Shown: positions 50,985 to 61,188, numbered from the stretch's first letter. The stretch: 64,000 nucleotides of DNA from an uncultured Bacteroidota bacterium (GCA_903910445.1 CAIVZR010000046.1:55224-119223); one strand, 5' to 3'. The notes: a model not told the origin generated them from the sequence alone. Program-made: numbers and translations.

Positions 50985-51548
50985 TCAAACGGTCATAATT
51001 TCTTTTTCCTTTTGCTCCAACGATTTATCTAATTGATCGATATGAGCATCAGTCAATTTTTGAATTTGCTCATCTAGTTTTTTACCATCATCTTGAGGTA
51101 AACCAGCCTTAACCAATCCTTTCGATTTCTCCATTGCATCTTTACGAATATTACGAATAGCAATCTTACCATTCTCCGCTTCGTTCTTTGCTTGCTTCAC
51201 GAGGTCTTTTCTACGTTCTTCAGTAAGCGGTGGAACCGTTATTCTTACTAATTTTCCATCATTTTGAGGATTTAAACCCAAATTCGCTTTGGAAATTCCC
51301 TTTTCAATTTCGGCGATCAAACTCGCTTCCCAAGGTTGAATTTGCAATGTACGAGCATCGGGTGTGGTGACGTTGGCAACCTGACTTAGTGGTGTAAGAT
51401 TACCATAGTAATCAACCATAACTACATCGAGCATTCCCGGAGTAGCTTTACCGGCGCGAACTTTCGCGATTAAATCGGTGGAATGGCTGTATGCATGATC
51501 CATTTTTGTTTTGGTATCATCGTGCAGGGCTTTTGATTGTTCTTGCAT
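50985..51548 (-). CDS. frr: Ribosome recycling factor
   Basis: RAGKATP, VDYYG, LNPQNDG, PPLTEERRK, IRNIR, KEKEIM. Confidence 0.96.
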   Translation of the reverse strand: MQEQSKALHDDTKTKMDHAYSHSTDLIAKVRAGKATPGMLDVVMVDYYGNLTPLSQVANVTTPDARTLQIQPWEASLIAEIEKGISKANLGLNPQNDGKLVRITVPPLTEERRKDLVKQAKNEAENGKIAIRNIRKDAMEKSKGLVKAGLPQDDGKKLDEQIQKLTDAHIDQLDKSLEQKEKEIMTV

Positions 51549-51600
51549 ATTGTGAATTTTTAAATTAATATGCGAATATACTAAATAGGCGCTCTAAAAT

Positions 51601-51652
51601 AAAAAGGCCGTCGCTATTTCAGGTTTGTACCTCCTAAAATAGCGAACGGCCT
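51601..51652 (-). terminator. Hairpin/terminator after the secreted helical protein gene
   Basis: aaaaaggccgtcgctattt...aaatagcgaacggcct. Confidence 0.65.
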
Positions 51653-51674
51653 ATTCCAAATCAAATCTATCTTA

Positions 51675-52118
51675 TTACTTCTGAGGTTGTGGCGTCACCT
51701 CTCCAGGTGTCTTAGCGGGCAGCGGTTGTTGGGCTGCCTTGCGATTGCGAGCCGCTTCCCGATCCTTCTGCAACTGAGCTTTTGCTTCCTTTTGCTTTTG
51801 TTGATATAATGCAAACTGATCGGCACTCAATACCTTCTGCAATTCGATATTACGTTGAGTCATGATTTCCTTTTTTGCATTTCTCAATGCCTCCTTATTA
51901 TCACAATAGGTGTGATTGGCGGCTTCCATTTGCTCAATTGCTTGTTGATGAATTTTCATAATCGCAGTTTTCTGCACCTCCGTAAGCTGTAAATATTTAC
52001 TCATTCGAAAGGTGAGCACCAAGGCTTTTTCTTCAGAGGTTAGTTTTTGTGCGCGAGCTTGAGAGCTAATGCCAACTCCAATAAATAAGAGCAGCATCAA
52101 GGTTTTAATTATTTTCAT
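51675..52118 (-). CDS. Secreted helical protein (Spy/CpxP/DUF4890-like LTxxQ motifs)
   Basis: Signal peptide; LQLTEVQK and VLSADQF motifs; Q/K/A-rich. Confidence 0.6.
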   Translation of the reverse strand: MKIIKTLMLLLFIGVGISSQARAQKLTSEEKALVLTFRMSKYLQLTEVQKTAIMKIHQQAIEQMEAANHTYCDNKEALRNAKKEIMTQRNIELQKVLSADQFALYQQKQKEAKAQLQKDREAARNRKAAQQPLPAKTPGEVTPQPQK

Positions 52119-52236
52119 GATATAAAGATTAAGTGGTTATAAATCGAATGGTAGGATGCATAAACACCTCAATAGTTTAATTATGTATGGAATAATTAAA
52201 ACATCAATTCTAAAAATACAATACCTTTGCCTTATC

Positions 52237-53220
52237 ATGGAATATAGAAGATTAGGAAATTCGGGGATACAAATTTCAGCGCTATCCCTCGGTTCGTGGC
52301 TTACCTTTGGTGGCCATATCGACGACGCAACAGCCGACTCACTCATGAGCATTAGTTATGATGCTGGCATCAATTTTTTTGACAATGCCGAAAGCTACCA
52401 GGCAGGCAAAAGCGAAATTGTGATGGGTGCAATACTCAAACAAAAAACATGGAGTAGAAGCAGCTACCTCGTGTCGAGTAAAATATTTTGGGGAAGCGAA
52501 GAAGGCAAACCCAACCAGAAAGGACTCAGCCGCAAACATATTTTTGAAGCAACACATAAATCATTGAAAAGCCTTCAACTCGATTATATTGATTTGATGT
52601 TCTGTCATCGCCCCGACAAAACCGTTCCTATTGAAGAAACAGTATGGGCCATGCATTTGCTGATTCAAAAAGGCCTCATTTTATATTGGGGTACCAGCGA
52701 ATGGAGTGCAAGTGAAATTATGGAAGCACATCTTATTTGCGAACAGCACCATTTGATCAAACCCATCATGGAGCAACCGCATTATAATATGTTTGTGCGC
52801 AACAAATTAGAAAATGAATATTTGCACTTGTTCAAACATAAAGGCCTTGGCACTACCATCTGGAGCCCCTTAGCATCGGGGCTCTTAAGCGGTAAATATT
52901 CTAATGGAGTTGCTACCGATACCCGATTGGGTGATGAAAATTTGGCTTGGTTGAAAGATAGTACCTTGAATGAAGATCGTATTGCAAAAGTAAATAGCCT
53001 TCAGGTATTAGCCAACGAACTTGGACTCAGCTTGCCTGTTATGGCCCTTTCATGGTGCTTGAAAAATAATAATGTGAGTACGGTAATACTTGGTGCTACG
53101 AAAACCAAACAACTCGAAGAAAACCTTAGCGCCATTGACAAGTATACCCTATTGACCTCCGAAATCATGGAAAAGATTGATGGTATCTTGCAAAACAAAC
53201 CAGTACTTCCTGCTTACTAA
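52237..53220 (+). CDS. Aldo/keto reductase (Kv-beta-like)
   Basis: YRRLGNSG, LSLGSWLTFG, FDNAESY, YWGTSEW, WSPLASGLL. Confidence 0.92.
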   Translation: MEYRRLGNSGIQISALSLGSWLTFGGHIDDATADSLMSISYDAGINFFDNAESYQAGKSEIVMGAILKQKTWSRSSYLVSSKIFWGSEEGKPNQKGLSRKHIFEATHKSLKSLQLDYIDLMFCHRPDKTVPIEETVWAMHLLIQKGLILYWGTSEWSASEIMEAHLICEQHHLIKPIMEQPHYNMFVRNKLENEYLHLFKHKGLGTTIWSPLASGLLSGKYSNGVATDTRLGDENLAWLKDSTLNEDRIAKVNSLQVLANELGLSLPVMALSWCLKNNNVSTVILGATKTKQLEENLSAIDKYTLLTSEIMEKIDGILQNKPVLPAY

Positions 53221-53247
53221 CTGATTGTTTTTTCTCTAAATCTCGTT

Positions 53248-54435
53248 TTAAATTTTCTGTAATACGGCGCCAAAAAGCGTATCTGCTTGCTTGTCGTATC
53301 CTATAAAATATTGCTTGCTCACAATTTTAAATCCAAGCTTTTCAATCTCATTAAGTTGATCTGTATTTTCGGTAGCATATACCGAACAAGTGATATAAAC
53401 CAGTTGGCCGTTGGGTTTTAGGTATGGAATTATATTTCGGATGATTGATTTTTGCAAGGCTGCATATACTTTTATTTCCTCCTCCTTAAACTGATAGAGC
53501 CTTTCGGGAGTGCGACCCCAGGTGCCACTTCCAGTGCATGGAACATCAGCAATGATCATATCGAAGAAACCTTCTGGAATTATTTTTTGATTGAATTTCA
53601 AATCACCACTTTTATTCACGGCATCAAATTCACTAACGCCTGCCGCTTTCAATCCTGCATGCTGCAATCGTACTTTTAAATTTTCCAAAATCGTATTGCG
53701 CTTATCACTGCAAAAGAGTTGAATATTGGGATGTGCGTCGAGCAACATCATGCTCTTACCTCCTGCCCCACTGCAACAATCCCATACAGATGCTCCAGGC
53801 GCTGGGTTCATGAGTGCCACTGTAGCCTGCGACGATAAATCCTGTACCTCATAGCTACCTTCGGGCAGGTATTTTGAAATGTCGAGAGCCGCCTCAAAAG
53901 CGAAAGTGTTTTTTGACTGCGTAAATTTTACTGCTTGCTCATTTAAGATTTTTGCAATTGTTGCCGTTTCGCTTTTCGAAACGCGAATATAAAATGCAGG
54001 CTGATGTAAATGGGACATTAGGAAAGTATTCATATCCAAATCCCTATCAACAAAGGATTTCCCAGGAAAATAAGAAGCCCATGAAATAATTCCAGCAGAT
54101 TCTAAAAGTGAAAGCTTCTCATCTATACTCAAAGCCCAGGAGTTAATTAAATCCAACGGGCAATTAATAATCGATAGTAGGAATCGATGAAAATTAATGG
54201 GTTCGGTGCTTGTTATAAAGCCACTATAACAAAGCTTCTCTTCAAAACTAAGTTTGCTGAAGAGTGTCTTGCAACGAAAATATTTATAGATGGTATCGCT
54301 ATAAAACCTGCGATCGCGAGATCCTAACTGTCGGTGTTTGCGATAAAATTCTTTAGTAAAATGATGTAATGGGGCGTCATCAGGATAGGATGTAAGTAAC
54401 TCCTTTATAATATCTAACTGAATGATTTCACGCAT
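53248..54435 (-). CDS. RsmB/NOP family RNA m5C methyltransferase
   Basis: EVQDLSSQ, DCCSGAGGKS, DVPCTGSGTW, YITCS..EN. Confidence 0.88.
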   Translation of the reverse strand: MREIIQLDIIKELLTSYPDDAPLHHFTKEFYRKHRQLGSRDRRFYSDTIYKYFRCKTLFSKLSFEEKLCYSGFITSTEPINFHRFLLSIINCPLDLINSWALSIDEKLSLLESAGIISWASYFPGKSFVDRDLDMNTFLMSHLHQPAFYIRVSKSETATIAKILNEQAVKFTQSKNTFAFEAALDISKYLPEGSYEVQDLSSQATVALMNPAPGASVWDCCSGAGGKSMMLLDAHPNIQLFCSDKRNTILENLKVRLQHAGLKAAGVSEFDAVNKSGDLKFNQKIIPEGFFDMIIADVPCTGSGTWGRTPERLYQFKEEEIKVYAALQKSIIRNIIPYLKPNGQLVYITCSVYATENTDQLNEIEKLGFKIVSKQYFIGYDKQADTLFGAVLQKI

Positions 54436-55670
54436 CAGTATTGTCGGTAAAGTTTTAGCTTCTCATATCTCCATACGGCATGATACCCATTAAAAATACC
54501 GCCATTGCTGGGATCCTGATGATAATAAAATCCTGCGACTTCATTCACATAGTCTTTATTCAAACAATTGTTTAACCAATCTTTCCCATCTGCAAATGCT
54601 TGTGATAAAAACAAAATATCATTATATCCTTTGTAGGTAAATTCTACCGGGTCTTGATTATAGCTTTCGATAATTTTCTTTCGAAGGGTTCCTGTTGGGC
54701 CATCTTCAAAATTCACGAAGAAACGGGAGAAGAATTTCACTTTCAAGGTGTCCCAAATTTCGTAAGCGGGTACTTCCGATTCGAGCACTTCAAAATAACA
54801 GAATACTTCGGGTGCCGAGGAAACGATTGTCTTTATCTGACTCAGTGCTTCATTAACAAAATAACTGTTTTTGCAATTGACAAAAAACACATACTGATTC
54901 CCCTTTACCAGCTTAGAAGCCAAGGGGCCATTCTCCTTTTTGCCCAAATCGAAAATCATCATTTTTGAAGTATCGATATTGGCATTCAAATCAAGTTTAA
55001 TGATACTGTCCATGGCGTGTGCTTCCCTCCCAAACTTGCCCTCCTTGGAGTTGTATAAGAAAATGTATTGCTTGTTCTGGTTTGCAAACTGACGTTCGAA
55101 ATAGCTAGAGAAATAAGCCGCATAGGCCGTCATGTTTTTTTGAGATGAAATAATATTGGATAGTTTCTCCGCATTATAATCCTTTTCAAAAGGCAGATAC
55201 ATGATGGTGTTTCTCTTTTGAATAATTGGGGTAGCCATTTCAACACCACTTTGAAATACAGGTCCAATGAGTACATCCAAATCTCGGTATTCTTCTTTAT
55301 AAAGTAGCGATTCTACAATACTACTATCGAGCTCTGTATCCTCAACAAAGAAATCGATTTTTACATTTTCGGTTTTTTCTATCGAATCAATTGCGGCTTT
55401 TACACCCGCCAAATAATCGAGGCTCGATAAGGCAAAGGCATGCATCACTGGGGTTGTATCCGTACCCTCCTTGAAAAATGGCAGAAACAAACCAACTTTG
55501 AAATGCTTATCCTTTTTAGGGATTTCTATAGCTGCCGATGGCTCGCCATGTGAATTATTTGGATAGGCTGCAACGGATTGTGCTTTTAGGAAATTAGAAA
55601 CCAAGCACAAAGAAATCAAAATCACAAAAAAACAATTACGAAGTAATACACTCATACTTTTTAAGCTCAT
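54435..55670 (-). CDS. Periplasmic-binding-protein type 1 fold protein (guaA-associated)
   Basis: Signal peptide; KVGLFLPF, Y.G...A.D, DVLIGP, KGYND motifs. Confidence 0.65.
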   Translation of the reverse strand: MSLKSMSVLLRNCFFVILISLCLVSNFLKAQSVAAYPNNSHGEPSAAIEIPKKDKHFKVGLFLPFFKEGTDTTPVMHAFALSSLDYLAGVKAAIDSIEKTENVKIDFFVEDTELDSSIVESLLYKEEYRDLDVLIGPVFQSGVEMATPIIQKRNTIMYLPFEKDYNAEKLSNIISSQKNMTAYAAYFSSYFERQFANQNKQYIFLYNSKEGKFGREAHAMDSIIKLDLNANIDTSKMMIFDLGKKENGPLASKLVKGNQYVFFVNCKNSYFVNEALSQIKTIVSSAPEVFCYFEVLESEVPAYEIWDTLKVKFFSRFFVNFEDGPTGTLRKKIIESYNQDPVEFTYKGYNDILFLSQAFADGKDWLNNCLNKDYVNEVAGFYYHQDPSNGGIFNGYHAVWRYEKLKLYRQY

Positions 55671-55671
55671 A

Positions 55672-57210
55672 TTATTCCCATTCAATAGTTGCTGGTGGTT
55701 TTGAACTGATATCATATACTACACGATTCACTCCTTTTACTCGATTGATAATTTCACTACTAATTTTTGCAAGTAATTCATAGGGCAGATGCACCCAGTC
55801 GGCGGTCATGCCGTCGCTGCTATGCACCGCTCTGAGGGCCACCACATTTTCATAGGTTCTCTCATCGCCCATTACACCCACACTTTTAATTGGGGTAAGA
55901 ATGGCACCTGCTTGCCATATTTTATCATACCATCCGCTCTCCAATAAATTATCGATATAGATTGCGTCTGCTTCTTGTAATATTTTAACTTTCGCTTCGG
56001 TGATATCGCCTAGGATGCGCACTCCGAAACCTGGACCAGGAAAAGGATGACGTTTAAGTAACCCTTGCTCGATACCTAGTGCAGCACCTACTTTACGTAC
56101 TTCATCTTTAAATAAAAGTCGCAATGGCTCTACAACGCTCATCTTCATTTTCTCGGGTAAGCCCCCTACATTATGATGCGATTTGATAGTAGCACTAGGA
56201 CCATTTACCGAAATCGATTCAATTACATCGGGATAGATAGTACCTTGTCCCAGCCATTTGATATCTTTAAGTTTATGAGCTTCTTCATCAAATATTTCGA
56301 TGAAGGTGCGGCCAATAATTTTGCGTTTCTGTTCAGGATCAACCACCCCTTCGAGGGCAGTATAAAACTTTTGTTTGGCATCGATGGCTTTGATATTCAA
56401 TCCAAGATACTTGTAATTTTCAATTACCTGAATCATCTCATCCTTGCGCATCAATCCGTTATCAACCACAATACAATGCAATTGAGCACCGATGGCTTCA
56501 TGTAAAAGCACTGCAGCAACAGTACTATCAACACCGCCGCTAAGGGCCATTACCACCTTATCTGTTTTTAGCCTTTGTTTTAAGCCATTCACAGTTTCTT
56601 CAATGAAATGTTCGGGAGTAAAATCCTGTTTGCATTCACAAATATTTAGCAAGAAGTTTTGCAACAATTTTCTTCCTTCTTTACTATGTGTTACTTCTGG
56701 ATGGAATTGAATGCCGTAAGTCGCTTCATTTTTAATTTTAAAGGCGGCAACCGGAATTGATTCGGTGGTTGCAATGAGTTCGAAGCTGGCGGGAATTTCC
56801 GAAATGGTATCGGCATGACTCATCCATACTTCGGTTGGGTTGCTCATGCTTGCAAACAATTCATTGTTATTGATGGTGTTTATTTGTGCTCTTCCATATT
56901 CACGCATACGAGATGCGGAAACAGTACCACCAGCATTTTGAGCAAGCAATTGGGCACCATAACATACCCCAAGCATTGGCTTTACACCATGTATACGAGA
57001 TAAATCGGGACGAGGTGCGTCGGGCTGCCTAACAGAAAACGGGCTTCCTGATAAAATTACACCTTGTATATGTGAAGCCGTGAAATCGGTTTCGTTAATT
57101 TTGTGCCAAGGCAAAATCTCGCAGTATACCTGCATTTCACGCACACAGCGGGCAATCAATTGTGTATATTGCGAGCCAAAATCAAAGATTAAAATACTAT
57201 TTTGAGCCAT
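55672..57210 (-). CDS. guaA: GMP synthase (glutamine-hydrolysing)
   Basis: [47 protein letters not shown]. Confidence 0.97.
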   Translation of the reverse strand: MAQNSILIFDFGSQYTQLIARCVREMQVYCEILPWHKINETDFTASHIQGVILSGSPFSVRQPDAPRPDLSRIHGVKPMLGVCYGAQLLAQNAGGTVSASRMREYGRAQINTINNNELFASMSNPTEVWMSHADTISEIPASFELIATTESIPVAAFKIKNEATYGIQFHPEVTHSKEGRKLLQNFLLNICECKQDFTPEHFIEETVNGLKQRLKTDKVVMALSGGVDSTVAAVLLHEAIGAQLHCIVVDNGLMRKDEMIQVIENYKYLGLNIKAIDAKQKFYTALEGVVDPEQKRKIIGRTFIEIFDEEAHKLKDIKWLGQGTIYPDVIESISVNGPSATIKSHHNVGGLPEKMKMSVVEPLRLLFKDEVRKVGAALGIEQGLLKRHPFPGPGFGVRILGDITEAKVKILQEADAIYIDNLLESGWYDKIWQAGAILTPIKSVGVMGDERTYENVVALRAVHSSDGMTADWVHLPYELLAKISSEIINRVKGVNRVVYDISSKPPATIEWE

Positions 57211-57271
57211 AATGTTAAGACTGCGAAATTAAAAAATAAAAAATAGCGGCGCTTTAAATTTTGTTATAACT

Positions 57272-58282
57272 ATGCACATCATCGAAATTGAGGAGTTGAT
57301 ATTATCTCTGGGAACCAAACAGGTATTGGATGTGAGAAGCGAAGGTGAATTTGAACAAGGCCATATTCCTGGCGCTGTTAATATTCCTCTTCTCAATAAT
57401 GAAAATCGCCGATTGGTGGGTATTTGCTATAAGGAAAAAGGCAATGAGTCGGCTGTGCTATTAGGTTATGAGCTCGTTGGAGGTCAATTTTCTTTACTTA
57501 TTCGAAACATCAGGCATCAATTTCCAAACAAGAAAGTTACGTTGCATTGCTGGCGTGGCGGACTACGCAGCCGTATCGTTGCTCAATTACTCGATAATGC
57601 CGGATTTGACGTTTCCATTTTAAAAGGTGGCTATAAATCTTACCGGCATTGGGTTTTAAATAAAATTGATCAGCCATTAAATATTAAAATCATTGGCGGC
57701 TTAACCGGTAGTGGTAAAACCGAGTTGCTCCATCAATTACAACATGAAGGCGAACAAATCATTGATCTGGAAGGTTTGGCGCATCATAAAGGCTCTACAT
57801 TTGGTGGAATAAATCAAAAGCCTCAGCCTACACAAGAGCAATTTGAGAATGAATTGGCAAGGGTTATTCAGGGTTTAAACCTGGCGCAACGGGTATGGGT
57901 GGAAGATGAAAGCAGGCGCATTGGAAACAACTGCTTGTCGGAAGCACTTTGGAATCAGATGCGAGAAGCCGAATTCTGTGAAATCAGCCTTCCTGATAAT
58001 ATTCGGTTGAAGCGTATAATAAATGAATATGGAAATCTACCCAAGGATTTACTCATGGAAAGAACCAGCAGTCTCAAAAAAAGATTAGGCGATAAACATT
58101 TGAAAGAGATATTACAGTATTTATCGGAAGGAAATATAACTGCTTGGGCCGCTGCGCTTCTTCAATACTATGATAAGAATTATAGGTTCGGACAAAGCAA
58201 ACGAGAAATAAAATCAAAAATGAAAATTGAAATGGAGGAAGAATGGAGTGGAAAACAGTTTTTAAAGTATGTAAACCCCTAA
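57272..58282 (+). CDS. mnmH: tRNA 2-selenouridine synthase (MnmH/SelU)
   Basis: Rhodanese domain DVRSEGEF, CWRGGLRS, GGYKSYR; P-loop GLTGSGKT; DLEGLAHHKGS, EDESRRIG. Confidence 0.92.
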   Translation: MHIIEIEELILSLGTKQVLDVRSEGEFEQGHIPGAVNIPLLNNENRRLVGICYKEKGNESAVLLGYELVGGQFSLLIRNIRHQFPNKKVTLHCWRGGLRSRIVAQLLDNAGFDVSILKGGYKSYRHWVLNKIDQPLNIKIIGGLTGSGKTELLHQLQHEGEQIIDLEGLAHHKGSTFGGINQKPQPTQEQFENELARVIQGLNLAQRVWVEDESRRIGNNCLSEALWNQMREAEFCEISLPDNIRLKRIINEYGNLPKDLLMERTSSLKKRLGDKHLKEILQYLSEGNITAWAAALLQYYDKNYRFGQSKREIKSKMKIEMEEEWSGKQFLKYVNP

Positions 58283-58286
58283 AATG

Positions 58287-58342
58287 ACAAAAAGGGGCAA
58301 AAGCCCCTTAATGAACAAAAACTATGAAAACAAAAACTATTT
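58287..58342 (-). ncRNA. Candidate sigma54-dependent small RNA (~55 nt)
   Basis: Lies between a -24/-12 promoter and a terminator; contains two ATAGTTTTTGTT repeats; no ORF on that strand. Confidence 0.45.
58288..58309 (-). terminator. Intrinsic terminator (U tract on minus strand)
   Basis: Minus strand aaggggc-tttt-gcccc-ttttt. Confidence 0.75.
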
Positions 58343-58352
58343 GCACTTATTT

Positions 58353-58369
58353 TACAAACATTGTGCCAA
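58353..58369 (-). promoter_or_regulatory. Sigma54 (RpoN) -24/-12 promoter
   Basis: Minus strand TTGGCAC-AATGT-TTGTA with canonical spacing (TTGT instead of TTGC). Confidence 0.6.
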
Positions 58370-58619
58370 TAGTTGCTTTTATTGGAAATAATGCACAGAA
58401 TAAGCTACATATATTGGTTTTGTTGAGCTTTTAATTCCGGAAATATTCATATGAATTTAATATTTATTACATTTTAAAACACAGTTTGTACATTAAAAAA
58501 TACTTTTCCATTTAAAAGAATAATCTTGGCGAAAGAAAATATTGCCATTTTTTTTTTACAATAATTCGTAACATTGTAAAATATTTCTTTAATTGCGACA
58601 CTTACATTATTATTATATC

Positions 58620-59447
58620 ATGAAATACATTCTACTAATCACTTGTTTACTGAGTTCGATCTTTGTTAAGGCTCAAGGTTTTTATGGATTCGCGAACTCC
58701 GGAATGGAAAGTTGGACGAACAATACAACAATCACTGATTGGTCACTTCAGGGTGGTAGTGTTACACGAGTCGATCATGTTAAGAATGGTGCCTTTGGTG
58801 CTGCAGTAAAAAACGAAGCGGCTTCGGCAGGTAAGTTGGTTGCTTCTTTCGCATTTACTAAAAGAGTTACCAGAGCGTTATTTGATTACAAATTCACATT
58901 AGGTACACTTACTTCAAGCGATACTGGAATGGTTGAAATTTTGCTTACTCGTTGGAATACATCGAATGGCAGCCGTGAAGTCATTGCTAGAATTGTTAGA
59001 ACTAGTATCGTAAGTGATAATTCATGGCAGACTTTCAGTTTCCCATTCACTTATTTCAATACTACATTAGATCCAGATACTTGTACTATCATTGTTAGTG
59101 CTTCTGTAAATAAAGGTTACAATAATGCTACTGCTATGAATGTAGATAATTTCGCTTTCCCTGCGCCTTCAGGTATCAGTGCTACAGCAAAATCAAATAC
59201 TACTGGTATTTACCCTAACCCAGTAAGAAATAATGCTACCATCACTTATGAATTGAAGAAAGATTCAAAAGTTACCATCAACATCAGCGATGTAACTGGT
59301 AAAGTGGTTGCTTCTTACAATTTCGAGAAATCGGCAGGTTTACAACAAGAGCAAATCAATTTTGAAGCATTGAAATCAGGAATCTATTTCTATGAGATCA
59401 AGACTTCGGAAGAAGTTAAAACTGGTAAATTTACTATCAGTAAATAA
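58620..59447 (+). CDS. T9SS type A cargo protein with carbohydrate-binding-like (jelly-roll) domain
   Basis: Signal peptide; 'NSGMESW...W' start; CTD 'IYPNPVRNNATITY...LKSGIYFY...GKFTISK'. Confidence 0.8.
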   Translation: MKYILLITCLLSSIFVKAQGFYGFANSGMESWTNNTTITDWSLQGGSVTRVDHVKNGAFGAAVKNEAASAGKLVASFAFTKRVTRALFDYKFTLGTLTSSDTGMVEILLTRWNTSNGSREVIARIVRTSIVSDNSWQTFSFPFTYFNTTLDPDTCTIIVSASVNKGYNNATAMNVDNFAFPAPSGISATAKSNTTGIYPNPVRNNATITYELKKDSKVTINISDVTGKVVASYNFEKSAGLQQEQINFEALKSGIYFYEIKTSEEVKTGKFTISK

Positions 59448-59466
59448 TTGATTTAAAATATTAATG

Positions 59467-59499
59467 AACCCCGTAACAAAATATGTTGCGGGGTTTTTT
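59467..59499 (+). terminator. Intrinsic terminator
   Basis: aaccccgtaaca-aaata-tgttgcggggtt followed by T tract. Confidence 0.8.
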
Positions 59500-59513
59500 A
59501 TTTTTGTAGCTAG

Positions 59514-60509
59514 ATGAAGATAGATATACACGCACATATACTGCCCGAAACATGGCCTGATTTAAAAAGTCGTTATGGCTATGGTGGCTTTGTATATATG
59601 GACCATCACAAGAAAGGTAGCGCCCGTATGATGAAAGATAACGGGCAATTTTTTCGTGAGGTACAAGAGAATTGCTGGAACCCCGAAGCCATTGCAATAG
59701 ATATGGCAGCACACAACGTAGATAAGATGGTGCTTTGCACGGTACCCGTTTTATTTAATTACTGGGCAAAGCCCCACGATGGGCTCGATTGGTGCCAATT
59801 CTTGAACGATCATATTGCTGGAGTACAAAATAACAGGCCCGATAAATTTATTGCTTTAGGCACCTTGCCGCTGCAGGATATCGATTTGAGTATTGGTGAG
59901 ATGCGCCGATGCAAAGAACAACTTGGCATACGTGGCTTCGAAATTGGCAGTCATATTGGTGATCGCAATCTCGATCATAAAAGTTTCTTTCCTTTATGGG
60001 AAGCTGCTCAAGATTTAGATGTCGCCATTTTTGTGCATCCTTGGGATATGATGGGACAAGAGAAGATGCAACAGTATTTCTTGCCTTGGCTCGTTGGAAT
60101 GCCTGCAGAAACGAGTTTAGCGATATGTAGCATGATTTTCGGTGGGGTGTTCGATGCATACCCGAAACTGCGTGTGATGTTCGCACATGGTGGTGGATCA
60201 TTTCCATTCACTGTTGGGCGTGTGAGTCATGGATGGCATGCCCGTCCCGACCTCTGCAATATCAATGAAATAAAAGACCCAAGAGAATATATCGGAAAAT
60301 TCTGGATCGATGGTATTACACATGACGATGAGACGCTGAAGTTTTTGGTGAATTTAATTGGTGCTGAAAAAATTGCGTATGGTACCGATTACCCTTTCCC
60401 ACTGGGCGATTTAGAGCACGGAAAATTTATTGAGCAAATGCCTGGGTTCAGTAATGAAATAAAAGAGCAACTGCTTAGTAAAACAGCCATTGACTTTTTA
60501 AAACTATAA
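59514..60509 (+). CDS. 2-amino-3-carboxymuconate-6-semialdehyde decarboxylase (ACMSD, amidohydrolase)
   Basis: IDIHAHILP, TVPVLFNYW, FVHPWDM, PWLVGMPAET, AHGGGSFP, GTDYPFPLG. Confidence 0.9.
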   Translation: MKIDIHAHILPETWPDLKSRYGYGGFVYMDHHKKGSARMMKDNGQFFREVQENCWNPEAIAIDMAAHNVDKMVLCTVPVLFNYWAKPHDGLDWCQFLNDHIAGVQNNRPDKFIALGTLPLQDIDLSIGEMRRCKEQLGIRGFEIGSHIGDRNLDHKSFFPLWEAAQDLDVAIFVHPWDMMGQEKMQQYFLPWLVGMPAETSLAICSMIFGGVFDAYPKLRVMFAHGGGSFPFTVGRVSHGWHARPDLCNINEIKDPREYIGKFWIDGITHDDETLKFLVNLIGAEKIAYGTDYPFPLGDLEHGKFIEQMPGFSNEIKEQLLSKTAIDFLKL

Positions 60510-60513
60510 AATT

Positions 60514-61185
60514 TTACTTATCCCAATTTTGGCGAGGCATCCATCCAGCGAAGGTCATCACCATGTTTTGCTTGGCATTAATCCAGCCTGGATGGCGTTG
60601 TGGCGTGAACTTCCGAGGGTTAGGGAAGCATGCTACAATCATTGAAGCTTCTGCCAGCGATAAGCGGGATGCGGGTTTGCGATAATAGTTTTGAGCGGCA
60701 GCTTCAATACCATAAATGCCATCTCCCATTTCAATGATATTCAAGTATACTTCCATGATGCGTTTCTTGTTCCAGAAGGCTTCAATCATCACGGTGAAAT
60801 AGGTTTCAAAAACTTTTCTAACCCAACTTCTTACCGGCAATAGAAATAAATTTTTGGCACATTGCTGACTGATGCCACTGCCACCACGAAGTTGTTTTTT
60901 GTATTTTTTACTTTCGTCATAAGCTTTTTTTATCGCATCAAAATCAAATCCATGATGCTTCAAGAAGTTTGGATCTTCGGAGGCCATGGCGCTGTAATAC
61001 ACATTCGGACTGATATTTTTTATTGGCTCCCAATCGTGCTTAGGCATTTTTAATCGGTACACCATGATGGGCACAATTTTCACAGGCACAATACGATACA
61101 ACAATACCACGATGAGTGATGATAAAAAAAAGATGGTGATGATATTGAGTATCCAGCCTTTCAGCGATTTGAGAAATTTCTTCAT
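60514..61185 (-). CDS. mtgA: Monofunctional peptidoglycan transglycosylase
   Basis: ASEDPNF..HHGFD, RGGSGISQQCAKNLFL, RK..E, K.RIMEVYLN.IEMGDGIYG. Confidence 0.92.
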   Translation of the reverse strand: MKKFLKSLKGWILNIITIFFLSSLIVVLLYRIVPVKIVPIMVYRLKMPKHDWEPIKNISPNVYYSAMASEDPNFLKHHGFDFDAIKKAYDESKKYKKQLRGGSGISQQCAKNLFLLPVRSWVRKVFETYFTVMIEAFWNKKRIMEVYLNIIEMGDGIYGIEAAAQNYYRKPASRLSLAEASMIVACFPNPRKFTPQRHPGWINAKQNMVMTFAGWMPRQNWDK

Positions 61186-61188
61186 AGA

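Noticed and set aside
58324-58434. 36-aa plus-strand ORF MKTKTICTYFTNIVPIVAF...
   Set aside because: No promoter or recognisable motif; the sequence is better explained by the minus-strand sigma54 promoter and repeats. Not formally excluded.
58526-58545. TTGGC...TTGC upstream of the T9SS cargo gene as a second sigma54 promoter
   Set aside because: Spacing between GG and GC is 4 nt too long for a -24/-12 element.
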